Under the pieces are notes generated by a model that worked only from the letters and a program-made list of their open reading frames with translations, made no database searches and was not told where the DNA came from. The translations under genes and the position numbers were made by a program. This document shows, piece by piece, positions 1 to 10,400 of a DNA stretch of 64,000 nt (position 1 is its first letter; each line of letters opens with the position of its first letter). This stretch comes from a virus. Location of the stretch: the IMG/VR virus record IMGVR_UViG_3300030109_001381, positions 3,843-67,842 of that record, one strand, 5' to 3'.

Positions 1-1278
1 TTTGAAGATGGGCCGGATACTAAGTCTACACCATACGAAAAAGAAAAGAGAAGTCTAGCAAAAATTGCTGACAGAGTTTTCAGCGAAATTGATAACTTAG
101 AAAAAACGATTAATGCAAAGGGTGACAAACCATATGTTCCTAATTTATTGAGTATGTTATTTGGTAGTCAGGTTGGGTTATTTGAAAGGGTAGTTAATTC
201 TGACAGTCTAGAATCCGCTACTAAATATCCTGAAGAAAGGAATAGTAGAGTTAAGGTAAAGGATGTCCTTGAAAGGATTGAATTGATGAAAGACAAACTA
301 CTAGACGATTTAGAAAATGCAAAGAAAGGGCGTTACATACAAGAAGAGGCGAATGTGACAGACCCTTCAGGAAATGAAATTTGGTTTGAGTATGACCCTG
401 AAACTCAACAATATGGCAAGTCTGTAGGTGTCATGCAAATGCATCCGAAAGATGCAAATTATTCTTATGGGAGACATGATGATGAAAGTAGAAAGAAAAT
501 GGAGAAGAATCCTAATTTTAATTGGGTTCTGACAAAACCTGAACTTGATTTTGGCCCCGTAAAAGAGAAGGACGTAGAGATAAGGGAGGCATATGAGGCT
601 ACAAAAAATATGTCTAGATATCTAGACCTAGAAGAATCCGAAGAGGGAGAGATGGCAGAACCCAGTAATCCCGCAGAAGTCAAGCAATACTTGAGGCAAT
701 TAGAGAATGTCGTGAAGGGAATAGTGACTGCATTAGATAGACTGTCAGATGCAATGCGAAAGAAGACTACTAAAACCGATACAAGAGGAAACCCAGTCAA
801 AGGAGAACCTGCTGGAAAAGGTAGTCTAAATTGGTATCTTGCTTATTTAGAAACTGATAATAACGTAAATGATTTTTATGATGATTGGTTAGATGATTGG
901 TTTGCAACCACTCCTACATCAAAAGGAGGATGGAGGCAGATACGTTCTCAAGTTAAAGCCTTAGATATTCCTTTAGTTTGGATAGCATCAAGTGAATTAG
1001 AGGAGACTGATGCTATAGACACTAGAGCGCAAAGACCTGAATCATGGAGAAGAAGTGCATCAGGTAAGAATCCATTTAGAGCCGGAACACGTTTTGGTGA
1101 TGAAAGAATCTCAACACAAAGAAAGAAAACAGTCGAATCTCCTAAAGGTGATAAATCAGTTACAGACCAATATGGTGGAGAAGGAAGTAGCGATGAAATT
1201 AAATCGGCTATTCTAGACATGCATTCAATTTATGTTGAGTATATAGAATTAAAAGAAGTAGTGGAGAGTGCGACTTAA
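1..1278 (+). CDS. Hypothetical virion-region protein, 5'-truncated by the window edge
   Basis: Frame 1 is open from base 1 to TAA at 1278, so the track's TTG start at 148 is internal. Charged protein with no recognisable motif. Its stop overlaps the next ATG (TAATG). Confidence 0.6.
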   Translation, partial: FEDGPDTKSTPYEKEKRSLAKIADRVFSEIDNLEKTINAKGDKPYVPNLLSMLFGSQVGLFERVVNSDSLESATKYPEERNSRVKVKDVLERIELMKDKLLDDLENAKKGRYIQEEANVTDPSGNEIWFEYDPETQQYGKSVGVMQMHPKDANYSYGRHDDESRKKMEKNPNFNWVLTKPELDFGPVKEKDVEIREAYEATKNMSRYLDLEESEEGEMAEPSNPAEVKQYLRQLENVVKGIVTALDRLSDAMRKKTTKTDTRGNPVKGEPAGKGSLNWYLAYLETDNNVNDFYDDWLDDWFATTPTSKGGWRQIRSQVKALDIPLVWIASSELEETDAIDTRAQRPESWRRSASGKNPFRAGTRFGDERISTQRKKTVESPKGDKSVTDQYGGEGSSDEIKSAILDMHSIYVEYIELKEVVESAT

Positions 1279-2384
1279 TGGGCAAAGTTTCCTCACCGAG
1301 CGACTTTACAACAATAAATGTTGATTACAATAGTGGCAATGGGCATTATACTCGCGCTATTGACATATCTAACCTACTACAAATCGGAGCGTTTTCAACA
1401 ACAACAACTCCTGATTTGGCTGAAGTGGGGAAGATAATAAAAAGAGTAGAAGAGAAGATTGATGATTCTATCAAACAATCCTATCGGCCTATTATTCACA
1501 AACATGAGTTTCATTCATTTGATGCAATGACAAAGGCCACATATCCTGTTAGGACATATAGGGACTATGTTGGGTTTATACAATTAGCACAACCCAAAAT
1601 ACAGAAAGTTGTCAGATTAGAAGTTTGGCAGGGAGACTCATATACAGATTTAGCCTCTGCTACTGCTTCTATTACTATGCCAACTTCCCCTACAGGGGGT
1701 AGTGTTAGTTGGAGGATTAGATTAACCGCAGGTACATACACCTTTGATTTGGTAGAAGGAACACACTTCTATGATACATATGGCCCAAAGACAACTGCGA
1801 GTCAATTAGTGGATGCTATCAATGAGGTGTTCCCAGCAAAGACTGCTAAGTTCACAGGAGAAACTGCGGCAAAGTCTGTAACTGCTAATGGTGCGTCTTC
1901 AGTTCACATCTCAGATTTCTTCTATGCCACGAAGGATAGCGAAAAGGGAGATAGAGTTGTAATATCTTCCTTACTCATGGGTAGTGATGGAGCATCATGT
2001 ACCATTACCTCTGTTGACACGGATGATAGTAACTCCCTTGTTGGTACTGTTAGTGGCTTTACTTCACACGAAGACCAAGGGAGGTTAGATGACTATTGGA
2101 TGATAAGTGATGAAGGTAAGATTTTCTTTCATCAAGAGTATCCATATCTACAGAATAACTCGATACGAGTCACATATGTAGCGGGTGATGGTAGAGTCCC
2201 TGCACCAATACATGAAGCGGCAACTAAACTAGTTGCGGCTGAGATAATCAGACACGATGATAACTCTATTCTTATTGCTGAGACTGAATCTAATATTAGC
2301 CTGAAGGATAAGCATGATATCCTAATAGAAGAGGCCAATAAGATAATTGATGGAAAAAAGAACATAGTGCATTTCATAACGTGA
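1278..2384 (+). CDS. Putative head-tail adaptor/neck protein with a central insertion domain
   Basis: 368 aa. The C-terminal 'IRVTYVAGDGRVPAPIHEAATKLVAAEI' resembles gp6/gp15-like connector proteins. It lies upstream of the tail genes. Confidence 0.6.
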   Translation: MGKVSSPSDFTTINVDYNSGNGHYTRAIDISNLLQIGAFSTTTTPDLAEVGKIIKRVEEKIDDSIKQSYRPIIHKHEFHSFDAMTKATYPVRTYRDYVGFIQLAQPKIQKVVRLEVWQGDSYTDLASATASITMPTSPTGGSVSWRIRLTAGTYTFDLVEGTHFYDTYGPKTTASQLVDAINEVFPAKTAKFTGETAAKSVTANGASSVHISDFFYATKDSEKGDRVVISSLLMGSDGASCTITSVDTDDSNSLVGTVSGFTSHEDQGRLDDYWMISDEGKIFFHQEYPYLQNNSIRVTYVAGDGRVPAPIHEAATKLVAAEIIRHDDNSILIAETESNISLKDKHDILIEEANKIIDGKKNIVHFIT

Positions 2385-2388
2385 TAAT

Positions 2389-2577
2389 ATGGAAAATCTA
2401 AATCAACTTTTTGATAGACTCCTAGCAAGGGAAATAGAAAGAAATCAAATGTTGGCTGATTCCGGCTATGGAGATTTTGCCTTATCAGATGAAGGTGTAA
2501 TGGTTCATGCCTTAGAAATTTTCCAAAAGAAAATGGTTAAACAAATGGGAGAGAATATGCGTGGCAATATTGGATGA
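2389..2577 (+). CDS. Small hypothetical protein
   Basis: 62 aa, tightly packed between its neighbours. Confidence 0.5.
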   Translation: MENLNQLFDRLLAREIERNQMLADSGYGDFALSDEGVMVHALEIFQKKMVKQMGENMRGNIG

Positions 2578-3127
2578 AGTTACACTAGTCATGAGACTGT
2601 TGACTGATAATTGGGCATCTGCCGCTTCAACCCTGAATAGTGCAGGTAAGATTCATTCTAGCATTAGTTTACCAAAAATAATTGATGTTCGTTCTATTGA
2701 ACCGAATGAAGGAAGAAGAGTAGACGCTGATTCGGAAACTGCGGTAGTAATCATTTACGAAGATAGTGGGTCTACAAACTATCCGACAATAGATTATGCC
2801 GTTCGTAATGAAGAATTTACATTCACAATACACATTAGGGTTCTTGCTAGAAGAGACATTTCCAAGCCTACAACTAGTGGTCAGTCAGAAGTCCCAAACA
2901 CTACTCCTAGAGATAGGTTGCAATCTTTGTATAGAATAACACGATATATATTGGAAAATAATTCACTCAGACCAACGGTCTATGTAGGTGGTGGCTCTTC
3001 GGGAACTGTAGAAGGAGATGCGGATATCATCAAATTGACCAGCAGGAGTGAAGCCAATGACCGAAAGAAACGCTTATTGGGTTACAAGTTGTCGGTGGAG
3101 ATGAAGAGGTTCGCTCGTAGCGTATAG
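2561..3127 (+). CDS. Putative tail terminator/completion protein
   Basis: 188 aa directly upstream of the tail tube gene; alternating beta-strand pattern (FTFTIHIRV, YKLSVEMK). Confidence 0.5.
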   Translation: MAILDEVTLVMRLLTDNWASAASTLNSAGKIHSSISLPKIIDVRSIEPNEGRRVDADSETAVVIIYEDSGSTNYPTIDYAVRNEEFTFTIHIRVLARRDISKPTTSGQSEVPNTTPRDRLQSLYRITRYILENNSLRPTVYVGGGSSGTVEGDADIIKLTSRSEANDRKKRLLGYKLSVEMKRFARSV

Positions 3128-3135
3128 GTGAGAAA

Positions 3136-4716
3136 ATGACAAACACTAATATTCTATCAAATGAAACATTCGTAGGTGCATTAGCAACTGCAACTATGAT
3201 ACCTGAGAGCGATATATATCTAGAGAATTGCACTATCGCCGCTTCTGATTTGACTACAGTAACCGTAGCAGACTCAACTGTAAGTCATCTAGTTCCTAAT
3301 CTCTATGTGGGGTGCATGGCAAAGATACATGGTAACTCAACTAAGAAAGGAAACTATCTAATCAAGAGTAATACCACTACAACAATAACATTCGCAGAAG
3401 ATGTAGCGGGGGCTAATAGCGAGGACTCAATAGACGTTACAATTTATGGCTTCGGCGCACCATGTCCAGCACCTCCGGTAATTACGGGCAAGCCTACTCT
3501 ATTGGCAGATAATTGGCTGGGCTTGGTAAATACACTAACTCCTCCATCTGTGGAAGTAGAAATAGGCCAAATCAATCTAGCAGGAGCCGCTACTAGAAAT
3601 ATAGAATACCAATTCAAAAAGAATGAAACAGTTAGTGGTGGGTCATTAGATTTCTCTGTAAACAATGGGTCTTGGTTATATTACGCATTGGGTGACTTTA
3701 CTGTAGCGAATAGCAACCACACTCTAGCAAGTGCTGGTAATGCTCTATCGGGAACAGGTTATGCCGTGGATTTAACCCATGATAAGTTTCTAAGAGTTAT
3801 TGGTGGAGCAGAATATCCTCCACAGGACAAAACAGATGTCCATACTGAAAGCGTATGGGATGATAATAGACAAATGGTAACAGAAGGAGGTTCGGGTTAT
3901 TGGACATATAATTTCACAGAAAGCAATGGGGATTCTCTTCCTTCGTTTGCTCTAGAAGTTACATATGAGAAGGGTGACCTTGCTGATGCGAACTACTATG
4001 TTGGTAGCGAAGGTGGTTCGACAGATGCAACTGCAAAACCATTCAAGGATATCTACAGTAGAGTTTTTACTGGTTGTCAAGTAAATACTCTTACGCTTAA
4101 CTTTGAAGAGGGTCAAGAACTTAGAGGCAATGTTGACTTAGTGACAAGAAGGGCTTTTGATGCTCCTGACGACTACTCACCAAAAAGAAGAGTTAGGACC
4201 GCTACTGGCCTATTCAACTACGCTTCTTCTGATGCTGATGTTAGACCTTACATGTTCAGCCAAGGAACGGTACAGTTGTACGGTCAAACTTTGGCTAGAG
4301 TTAAAACTGGTTCAGTTACTATTTCAAATAACATAGCCCAAGCAAGATATATTGGACAATATGATAGAGGAATAATGTCAAACCACATTCCTGCCCAAAG
4401 AACCTATGAGATTTCTTTGACTATGGAAATAGTAGATACAAAACTGTGGGACAATCTAAGAGCAGATGGCGAACATCAGAATGCCGCAGGAGATACTACT
4501 CTTCCCTATGATGGTAAGATTATGATTAAGTTTGAGAAAGATAGCACAGACTACATTGAGTTGGCATTTACAGATTACATAACACAATCACTAGATATTC
4601 CGTTCCCTGAAGATAAGGGACCAATAGATGTTGCAGCAACATTTTCGGCTAGAACCCTACAAACCGCAAAGTATGTTGGAAACTGGAAGATACTACACTC
4701 CAATACAGGTCTTTAG
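3136..4716 (+). CDS. Major tail (tube) protein
   Basis: 526 aa, beta-rich. Tube-like segments include 'FTGCQVNTLTLNFEEG', 'SVTISNN' and 'RTYEISLT'. RBS GGTGA upstream; followed by the chaperone pair and tape measure gene. Confidence 0.7.
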   Translation: MTNTNILSNETFVGALATATMIPESDIYLENCTIAASDLTTVTVADSTVSHLVPNLYVGCMAKIHGNSTKKGNYLIKSNTTTTITFAEDVAGANSEDSIDVTIYGFGAPCPAPPVITGKPTLLADNWLGLVNTLTPPSVEVEIGQINLAGAATRNIEYQFKKNETVSGGSLDFSVNNGSWLYYALGDFTVANSNHTLASAGNALSGTGYAVDLTHDKFLRVIGGAEYPPQDKTDVHTESVWDDNRQMVTEGGSGYWTYNFTESNGDSLPSFALEVTYEKGDLADANYYVGSEGGSTDATAKPFKDIYSRVFTGCQVNTLTLNFEEGQELRGNVDLVTRRAFDAPDDYSPKRRVRTATGLFNYASSDADVRPYMFSQGTVQLYGQTLARVKTGSVTISNNIAQARYIGQYDRGIMSNHIPAQRTYEISLTMEIVDTKLWDNLRADGEHQNAAGDTTLPYDGKIMIKFEKDSTDYIELAFTDYITQSLDIPFPEDKGPIDVAATFSARTLQTAKYVGNWKILHSNTGL

Positions 4717-4719
4717 GGA

Positions 4720-4797
4720 GGTTCTATTGCAGTAGAATCTAGTTTAGAAATTCCACCAACATCCGTTTGTTTGTTTGTTGGTATTATGTAGGTGGAA
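4720..4797 (+). promoter_or_regulatory. Structured intergenic region covering the RBS of the chaperone gene
   Basis: Hairpin GGTTCTAT-TGCA-GTAGAATC. TTCCACC (4751) can pair with GGTGGAA (the RBS), or alternatively ACCAACA can pair with TGTTGGT. Confidence 0.4.
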
Positions 4798-4800
4798 AAA

Positions 4801-5160
4801 ATGACAGAAAAAGTAGTAAATGATAAAGCAATGCTGTTTGCAAAAACAGAAACCGAATGCCATCAAATCAAGGTATCACCTGATTCTGATGAGATACTGA
4901 AAGTATGGATAAAGGAACCCACTTGGTTACAAGTGGAACAGTCTCTATCCAAGTTAATGAAACTCGATACTTCCGGTAATATGGATATTGACTTGAATGA
5001 GTTGTATAGATATCTAGTTGAGGAATTTATAGAGAAGACAGAACCTTCCCTAACTCCTCTAGAGATAATGAGATTGAGTCCATATATCGGATTACAACTA
5101 AAAGATGTTCTCCCTAATCCCTTTGAGGAATTAAGCGGAGATGATGCGGGAAAAGTGTAA
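4801..5160 (+). CDS. Tail assembly chaperone (lambda gpG-like position)
   Basis: About 119 aa, acidic, between tail tube and tape measure genes; ends in the slippery heptamer G GGA AAA. Confidence 0.7.
   Translation: MTEKVVNDKAMLFAKTETECHQIKVSPDSDEILKVWIKEPTWLQVEQSLSKLMKLDTSGNMDIDLNELYRYLVEEFIEKTEPSLTPLEIMRLSPYIGLQLKDVLPNPFEELSGDDAGKV
5148..5154 (+). other. Programmed -1 ribosomal frameshift site (GGGAAAA)
   Basis: X XXY YYZ heptamer read in frame as GCG GGA AAA. The -1 frame is open (AGT GTA AAC ATA AGA AAA GCA TTG...) into ORF 5175-5366. Confidence 0.75.
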
Positions 5161-5366
5161 ACATAAGAAAAGCATTGAGAGGAGGGCAAGTTGATGTTGA
5201 TTTGGCATTACAACTCATGCTTTTCTCCTATTGTAAAATCTTCAACATCAATCCCCATGATGCTAAGGATACACCAATGAGAACCATAATAGATATGATA
5301 AATATAAATGGAGAAGTAGAAAAAATCAAAGTAGAAGAACTAGAAAAGGCAAAACAAAGGGGGTGA
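5154..5366 (+). CDS. Tail assembly chaperone extension (gpT-like, -1 frame)
   Basis: Has only a TTG start with no clear RBS; lies in the -1 frame relative to the upstream ORF. Confidence 0.65.
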   Translation, partial: SVNIRKALRGGQVDVDLALQLMLFSYCKIFNINPHDAKDTPMRTIIDMININGEVEKIKVEELEKAKQRG

Positions 5367-5371
5367 TGTAA

Positions 5372-6724
5372 CTGGCAGATGCTCAAAAAGAAGTAGAATC
5401 CATGATTGGATATGCTTCAGAATTGTCTGCGGCATTAACAACGATGTCTAAAGCAATGCTAGAGAATGCTGACAAGAGTAAATCTTGGACAGTCATGAGC
5501 AGATTTACTTCAGGTAGCGGTTTCTGGAAGATACAAAACAAAGTCCGTGGTATTGTAAGCAGTTTTCTAATTCTAAACGAGACAATGGAGGCAGGGGCCA
5601 AAGCAATGGCCGAATACAATGAACTCCTTGGCACATATAACAAAATAAGAAAGAAGGTTCCTAAAGAAGTCAGTCCAGAAGCCCTGAAGAGAACGGCTGA
5701 ATTCAAAGACAAGAGTGCTATCTATGAAAGAGCATTTGGTGAAGAAGGAGAAGCAGCACTACTTGCAGATTTGGTAAAGCAGAATAAGAATGCAAATAAA
5801 CTCCTAGACCAAATGGAAGGTAAATTGGCTTTAGAGTTAAAGTATAGCAAAATGACATTTACTGAAAGAATGAAAGATAGAAGAGAAAGATTGGCAACTT
5901 TCATGGCTACGAAAAAAGCATCTCTTATGGAATTAAAAGATAGACTAAAACGACCCAGTTTCAAATCAGTAAGAGCATTCGTAAAACTTGGAGTTAAATT
6001 ATTTTCAAAGGTTATACTCTATCTAGCGGGCATTGCATTAGTTGCCACAATACTAATGATATTCATAAGAAAAGGATTGAAATGGTTTAATGAAACTGCA
6101 AAGGCAATTGGCTTATTTGATAATATGCGTAAGATATTATCAGCAGTTTTCAAGGTTATGAGTGGAGTATTTGATGTTCTTGTGGGAATTTGGAGAGGAG
6201 ATTTGATGATGGTCTTGGGAGCATTTTGGAATAAAATTATTCCCGGTCTTATAACCATAATATTGAGAGGTGCTTTGTTTGCGGGACAGATGTTAGTATC
6301 AATAATAGGTGGATTAGGAGGTATGATACTAGGAGGAATTAATGAACTCGTAGTGCAACTGTCTGACTATGTTGATAGGAAACTAGGTAAATATTCCAGT
6401 CCAGTCAAAAAGGCGTTCAAGTATGGAACTGCGCCGGGATTGCTATACACAGGCATGAAGGGTATATCGAACATGGCAAGTGGAGGAGTAGTTGGTCATA
6501 ATGTCCTCGTAGGAGAAGGAGGGCCGGAGATAGTCACATTGCCAATGGGTGCTAGAGTGCATTCTAATTCAGAGAGCAGAAGAATGGGAGGAAATACAAT
6601 TAATGTCCATGTAAATGGTAGAGTGGGTGCTTCTGATATGGAGATAAAGGATATTGCTAATAAGGTTGCAAGAGAGATTAATCTAAGAATGAACAGAACG
6701 GGTTCTGTGGCAGGTAGATTCTGA
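5372..6724 (+). CDS. Tape measure protein (short)
   Basis: Helical, with hydrophobic amphipathic stretches and the C-terminal 'MASGGVV...LVGEGGPEIV' motif typical of tape measure proteins. Start is either CTG 5372 (after RBS GGGGTGA) or ATG 5402. Confidence 0.75.
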   Translation: MADAQKEVESMIGYASELSAALTTMSKAMLENADKSKSWTVMSRFTSGSGFWKIQNKVRGIVSSFLILNETMEAGAKAMAEYNELLGTYNKIRKKVPKEVSPEALKRTAEFKDKSAIYERAFGEEGEAALLADLVKQNKNANKLLDQMEGKLALELKYSKMTFTERMKDRRERLATFMATKKASLMELKDRLKRPSFKSVRAFVKLGVKLFSKVILYLAGIALVATILMIFIRKGLKWFNETAKAIGLFDNMRKILSAVFKVMSGVFDVLVGIWRGDLMMVLGAFWNKIIPGLITIILRGALFAGQMLVSIIGGLGGMILGGINELVVQLSDYVDRKLGKYSSPVKKAFKYGTAPGLLYTGMKGISNMASGGVVGHNVLVGEGGPEIVTLPMGARVHSNSESRRMGGNTINVHVNGRVGASDMEIKDIANKVAREINLRMNRTGSVAGRF

Positions 6725-7419
6725 TGGCAGGAGAAAATTTCAGTAACTTCCAAGTATTCTTGGAACTACAAAGGAGAGATGAAGTAGGAACTGGTCAAGC
6801 AAATAGGATTCCTCTCTTCTGTAGGGAAGTCCAAGTCACCACTTCAAAGACTGTAATGAATATGGGTGTACCATTCTCCGGCGCAGTTAGGGGAGAGTCA
6901 TTGAATCTAGCATTCGATATAGGAATGGCACAGAAGACCATCAATCTATCAGGAACTCTTCTAGGTCAAACCATAACCAAGCAGAAGGGTGGAGAAACTG
7001 GAAAGACTAGAAAACTGACTGCTTATGAAATGGCACAATTAATTCATTCCTATGCAGATGCCAGCACATTTCAGAATGACCAAAATCTAAGTAAGGTTGT
7101 AATTAAAATACCAAGTAGGGTCAATCACGAATTTGAGTATCATACTACTGGTTCGGGTGGTTCTGTAAATTGTGAAACTGCTGATGAATCCTCACTTCCT
7201 ACAATTCCATTCACATGGAAGAACAGGGAATATGACAATTCATTCACCGCTTTAGTTAGTGGTGGAGAAACATACTTTGACCCATCCCAAGACGGCATAG
7301 GAATAACTGGTTTTATTCGTAGTTTCAATACGACTTTGAGTGCTGATAGTTATCCGGCCATTGAGTTCACATTAGATTTTGAAGAAGCAATGGTATTGGC
7401 AGACAATTTCTTGGATTGA
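6724..7419 (+). CDS. Putative distal tail/hub protein
   Basis: 231 aa immediately after the tape measure gene; 'TINLSGTL' and 'FTLDFEE' strands as in Dit/tube-fold proteins. Confidence 0.5.
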   Translation: MAGENFSNFQVFLELQRRDEVGTGQANRIPLFCREVQVTTSKTVMNMGVPFSGAVRGESLNLAFDIGMAQKTINLSGTLLGQTITKQKGGETGKTRKLTAYEMAQLIHSYADASTFQNDQNLSKVVIKIPSRVNHEFEYHTTGSGGSVNCETADESSLPTIPFTWKNREYDNSFTALVSGGETYFDPSQDGIGITGFIRSFNTTLSADSYPAIEFTLDFEEAMVLADNFLD

Positions 7420-7422
7420 TGA

Positions 7423-10400
7423 TTGATGGTAAATGCATATGTTGGAGAGTCTTACAAACTCGTATTTCCCATATTGAGCAGGGGATACCTCAACATTGAT
7501 TTTGATGCACATACGACTGGCGCAGTTGAATCTACAGGGGTTTTGGTAGTAGGAGCAGTAGGTTCCGGGTCTACTAAGACATTAACAGTTGATACAGTAG
7601 ATGCCACTACTAAGTTCTCCGTGAATGATGATGTCTTTGATGATACAGGGGCATTACTAGGAACTATAGCATCATTGACTGCTACACAGATAGTTTTGGA
7701 TGAGAACACACAAGCAGCATTAGGTGATAATGAGAATCTAAAGAAGCATGTTATTCCAACAAGCGAAAGCAGAAAGAGAAGCATTTGGGCTAGTTCATCA
7801 AAGGATGGAGGACATGATGGCTCATTTGCAATTGAAGCAATCATAACTCCATATGATGTTAATGGACATGGGAGTATAGCATCAGGTGTTCATGGTGTAT
7901 TAGATTCAACCAAGACCCCACCATATCCTAGTGATGATTATGGAAATAGAGAGGCTAACTATCATAGCGTTAGCATCTTGAAAGAAACAAATTATCTAAC
8001 ACAGAAGATGATGATATTTTATAATGAGAAATTAAAACTGTATTTACAGAATACAACCCTCAGTTCTTACAACCAACCAGCCGAGTATAAGATAGTGGCA
8101 GAAATAAAGGATTCATTGGGAGCAACACATACATTTGCTACTGATACTGTAATTAGTGCATCTAATACTTTACATGATTATTATGATGAAACTGCCTATT
8201 ATATCAAAAATACAACTAATAGAAAAAGAGTATCTGCATCTGCAAGTGGAAGTAGTCCACAAGGAACTGTTACAATAACTTCAACTTCTCTACCAAGCAA
8301 CGTGGGGTCTGTAGGTCAGATTGTAATTGGTGGCTCAACTCCTGCTCACTATGTTTCTCCTGTAGCGGCAAATTGTATCTTTACTATTGGGACTGGTAAT
8401 GATATTCCTAGAAATACAAACCCAACTTATGCTACTGGACAAGTCAAGGTTCTTCAATTGATAAATGTAGGACAGGGAGATAGTGGACAACCAAGGGCAG
8501 ATGATTTTCTAGAAGTCAAAAAATCTGATGGTACTTCTTACAAGTTCTTTCAATTCATACAAAACGGCAGTAGAACATCAGGAACTTCCCTCGCAGGTAC
8601 ACAAGATGGTCAAGGAACAGATTATCCTGTTAACTCCTACATGTTTCTAGATATCAATGGTGTTGGGCTTGGAGCAGGTAACACTACAACTGCTGCGGCT
8701 TCTTTGGTTACGGCTCTTACTGCGGCTAGGTCTGCTGGATTAGATATTGCCGTTCCCACATCTTCAGGTAATACGGTTACTATAGTCTCAGCCGCAAGCA
8801 CACCCACTACACATAACAATGATGCAATAGCATTGGGTGGTGGAAATTTCGTTACTGCTAATAGTGGAGCATATGGTGTTGATGGTTTTGGTAGTGGTAA
8901 TGGAACAGGAAGCATGACTTCGGGTGTTGACGTAGTGGAAGATAACGAATTTCTCACTATAGTTTCTACAGATGGGACTTCTAAGAAGTATCGAGCAACA
9001 TCTGACCCTGCTCACTCCACAGGGGATACATTGACGGATAGCGGTGGAAATGCTTGCGTGTTGTATAAATTAGGAGCAAATGCAGGGCAGACTGCCGTTG
9101 CACTAAAAACTGCAATCAATGGTTCTAGTGGCCATAATGGAAAGATAACTGCAACATCTCAATCAGCCAATAGAACGGTGACAATGGTTCAAGCAACTGT
9201 TGGCGCGGCGGGAAATAAAACAAATTCTAGAACAAGTGGAATAACTAATACCCATGTAACCATTGCAAATTTTACAGGTGGAATCACAGAAAATCTTGCT
9301 AGTAGCACACCATTCATTACATTAGTTGACAATGCAGGAACCGCAGTAACGAAGAAGTATGTTCCTGTGAGTAATGGAGATACTCTTGCCAACGGAACGA
9401 CACAGACAATAGGGGATGTTACAGGGGCCGTAGCCTTCCAAGTAGGTGCAAATGCTACTGCTACTGCCAGCAACCTAGAAACGGCCATAGAACACGCTAA
9501 TGGGCATAACGGGAGCATTTCTGCAAGTAACTCATCAGGAACTTTAACATTAACACAAGGAACTGCTGGAAGTAACGGAAATAAAACTATTACCTTAACC
9601 AATACAAGCAATATTACCAAGACAGATTTTGCTAATGGTGCTACTCCTGACTCATATATTCAACTAAAAGACCATGCAGGAGTCATTAGAAAATACAAAG
9701 CGGCTACAACTGAAGCAAACAATTCTTCAGATGGAACTTATGTCTTCTTTAGGAATGGAGCCGATACTACTGAAAGCGCAACGAATCTAAAGAATGCGAT
9801 AAACCACAGTAATGGTCATGGTAGTTCTGTAATCGCTACAAGTAGCAATAACGTAGTTACATACAAACTAAACAACCCAAGCCTTGCACAGGCGACTATA
9901 TCATTAGTTAGCCTATCAAGTGGTATTGCCCTTAGCAGCCCCACGTTTTCAACTTCAACAAAGGAAATATCTGTTTCTTCAGGAGAAACTGATGAAATCG
10001 GCAAGGGCAACAAAATCTATTCTGCAACAAATGTAGAGATAGGAACTGTTGATACTGTATCAGGAACTACCATTACTCTTGTTAATGACCCAGCAGTAGA
10101 TGTCACATCTACGATATATACCTCACAGTCTAAGGAAGCATTCTATCTAGAACAACCAATGAAGATATCTCTAATTTACCAAAAGCATGGCAACGTGTCA
10201 TTATACCTAAACAATAACCTAGTTAAGAAATCAACTCACACTATTGGTGCATTTACGTTAGACCAATCAGATTGTAGGATTGGAAGAGGAGGAGATAATA
10301 CTTCTTCAGGAGATGACGAACAATTCTTTGGGGAAGTATTTGAAATTTCTATGCATAGAGGAAACAGGCCATGCGCTACAATAAACACTCTATCTCCCGG

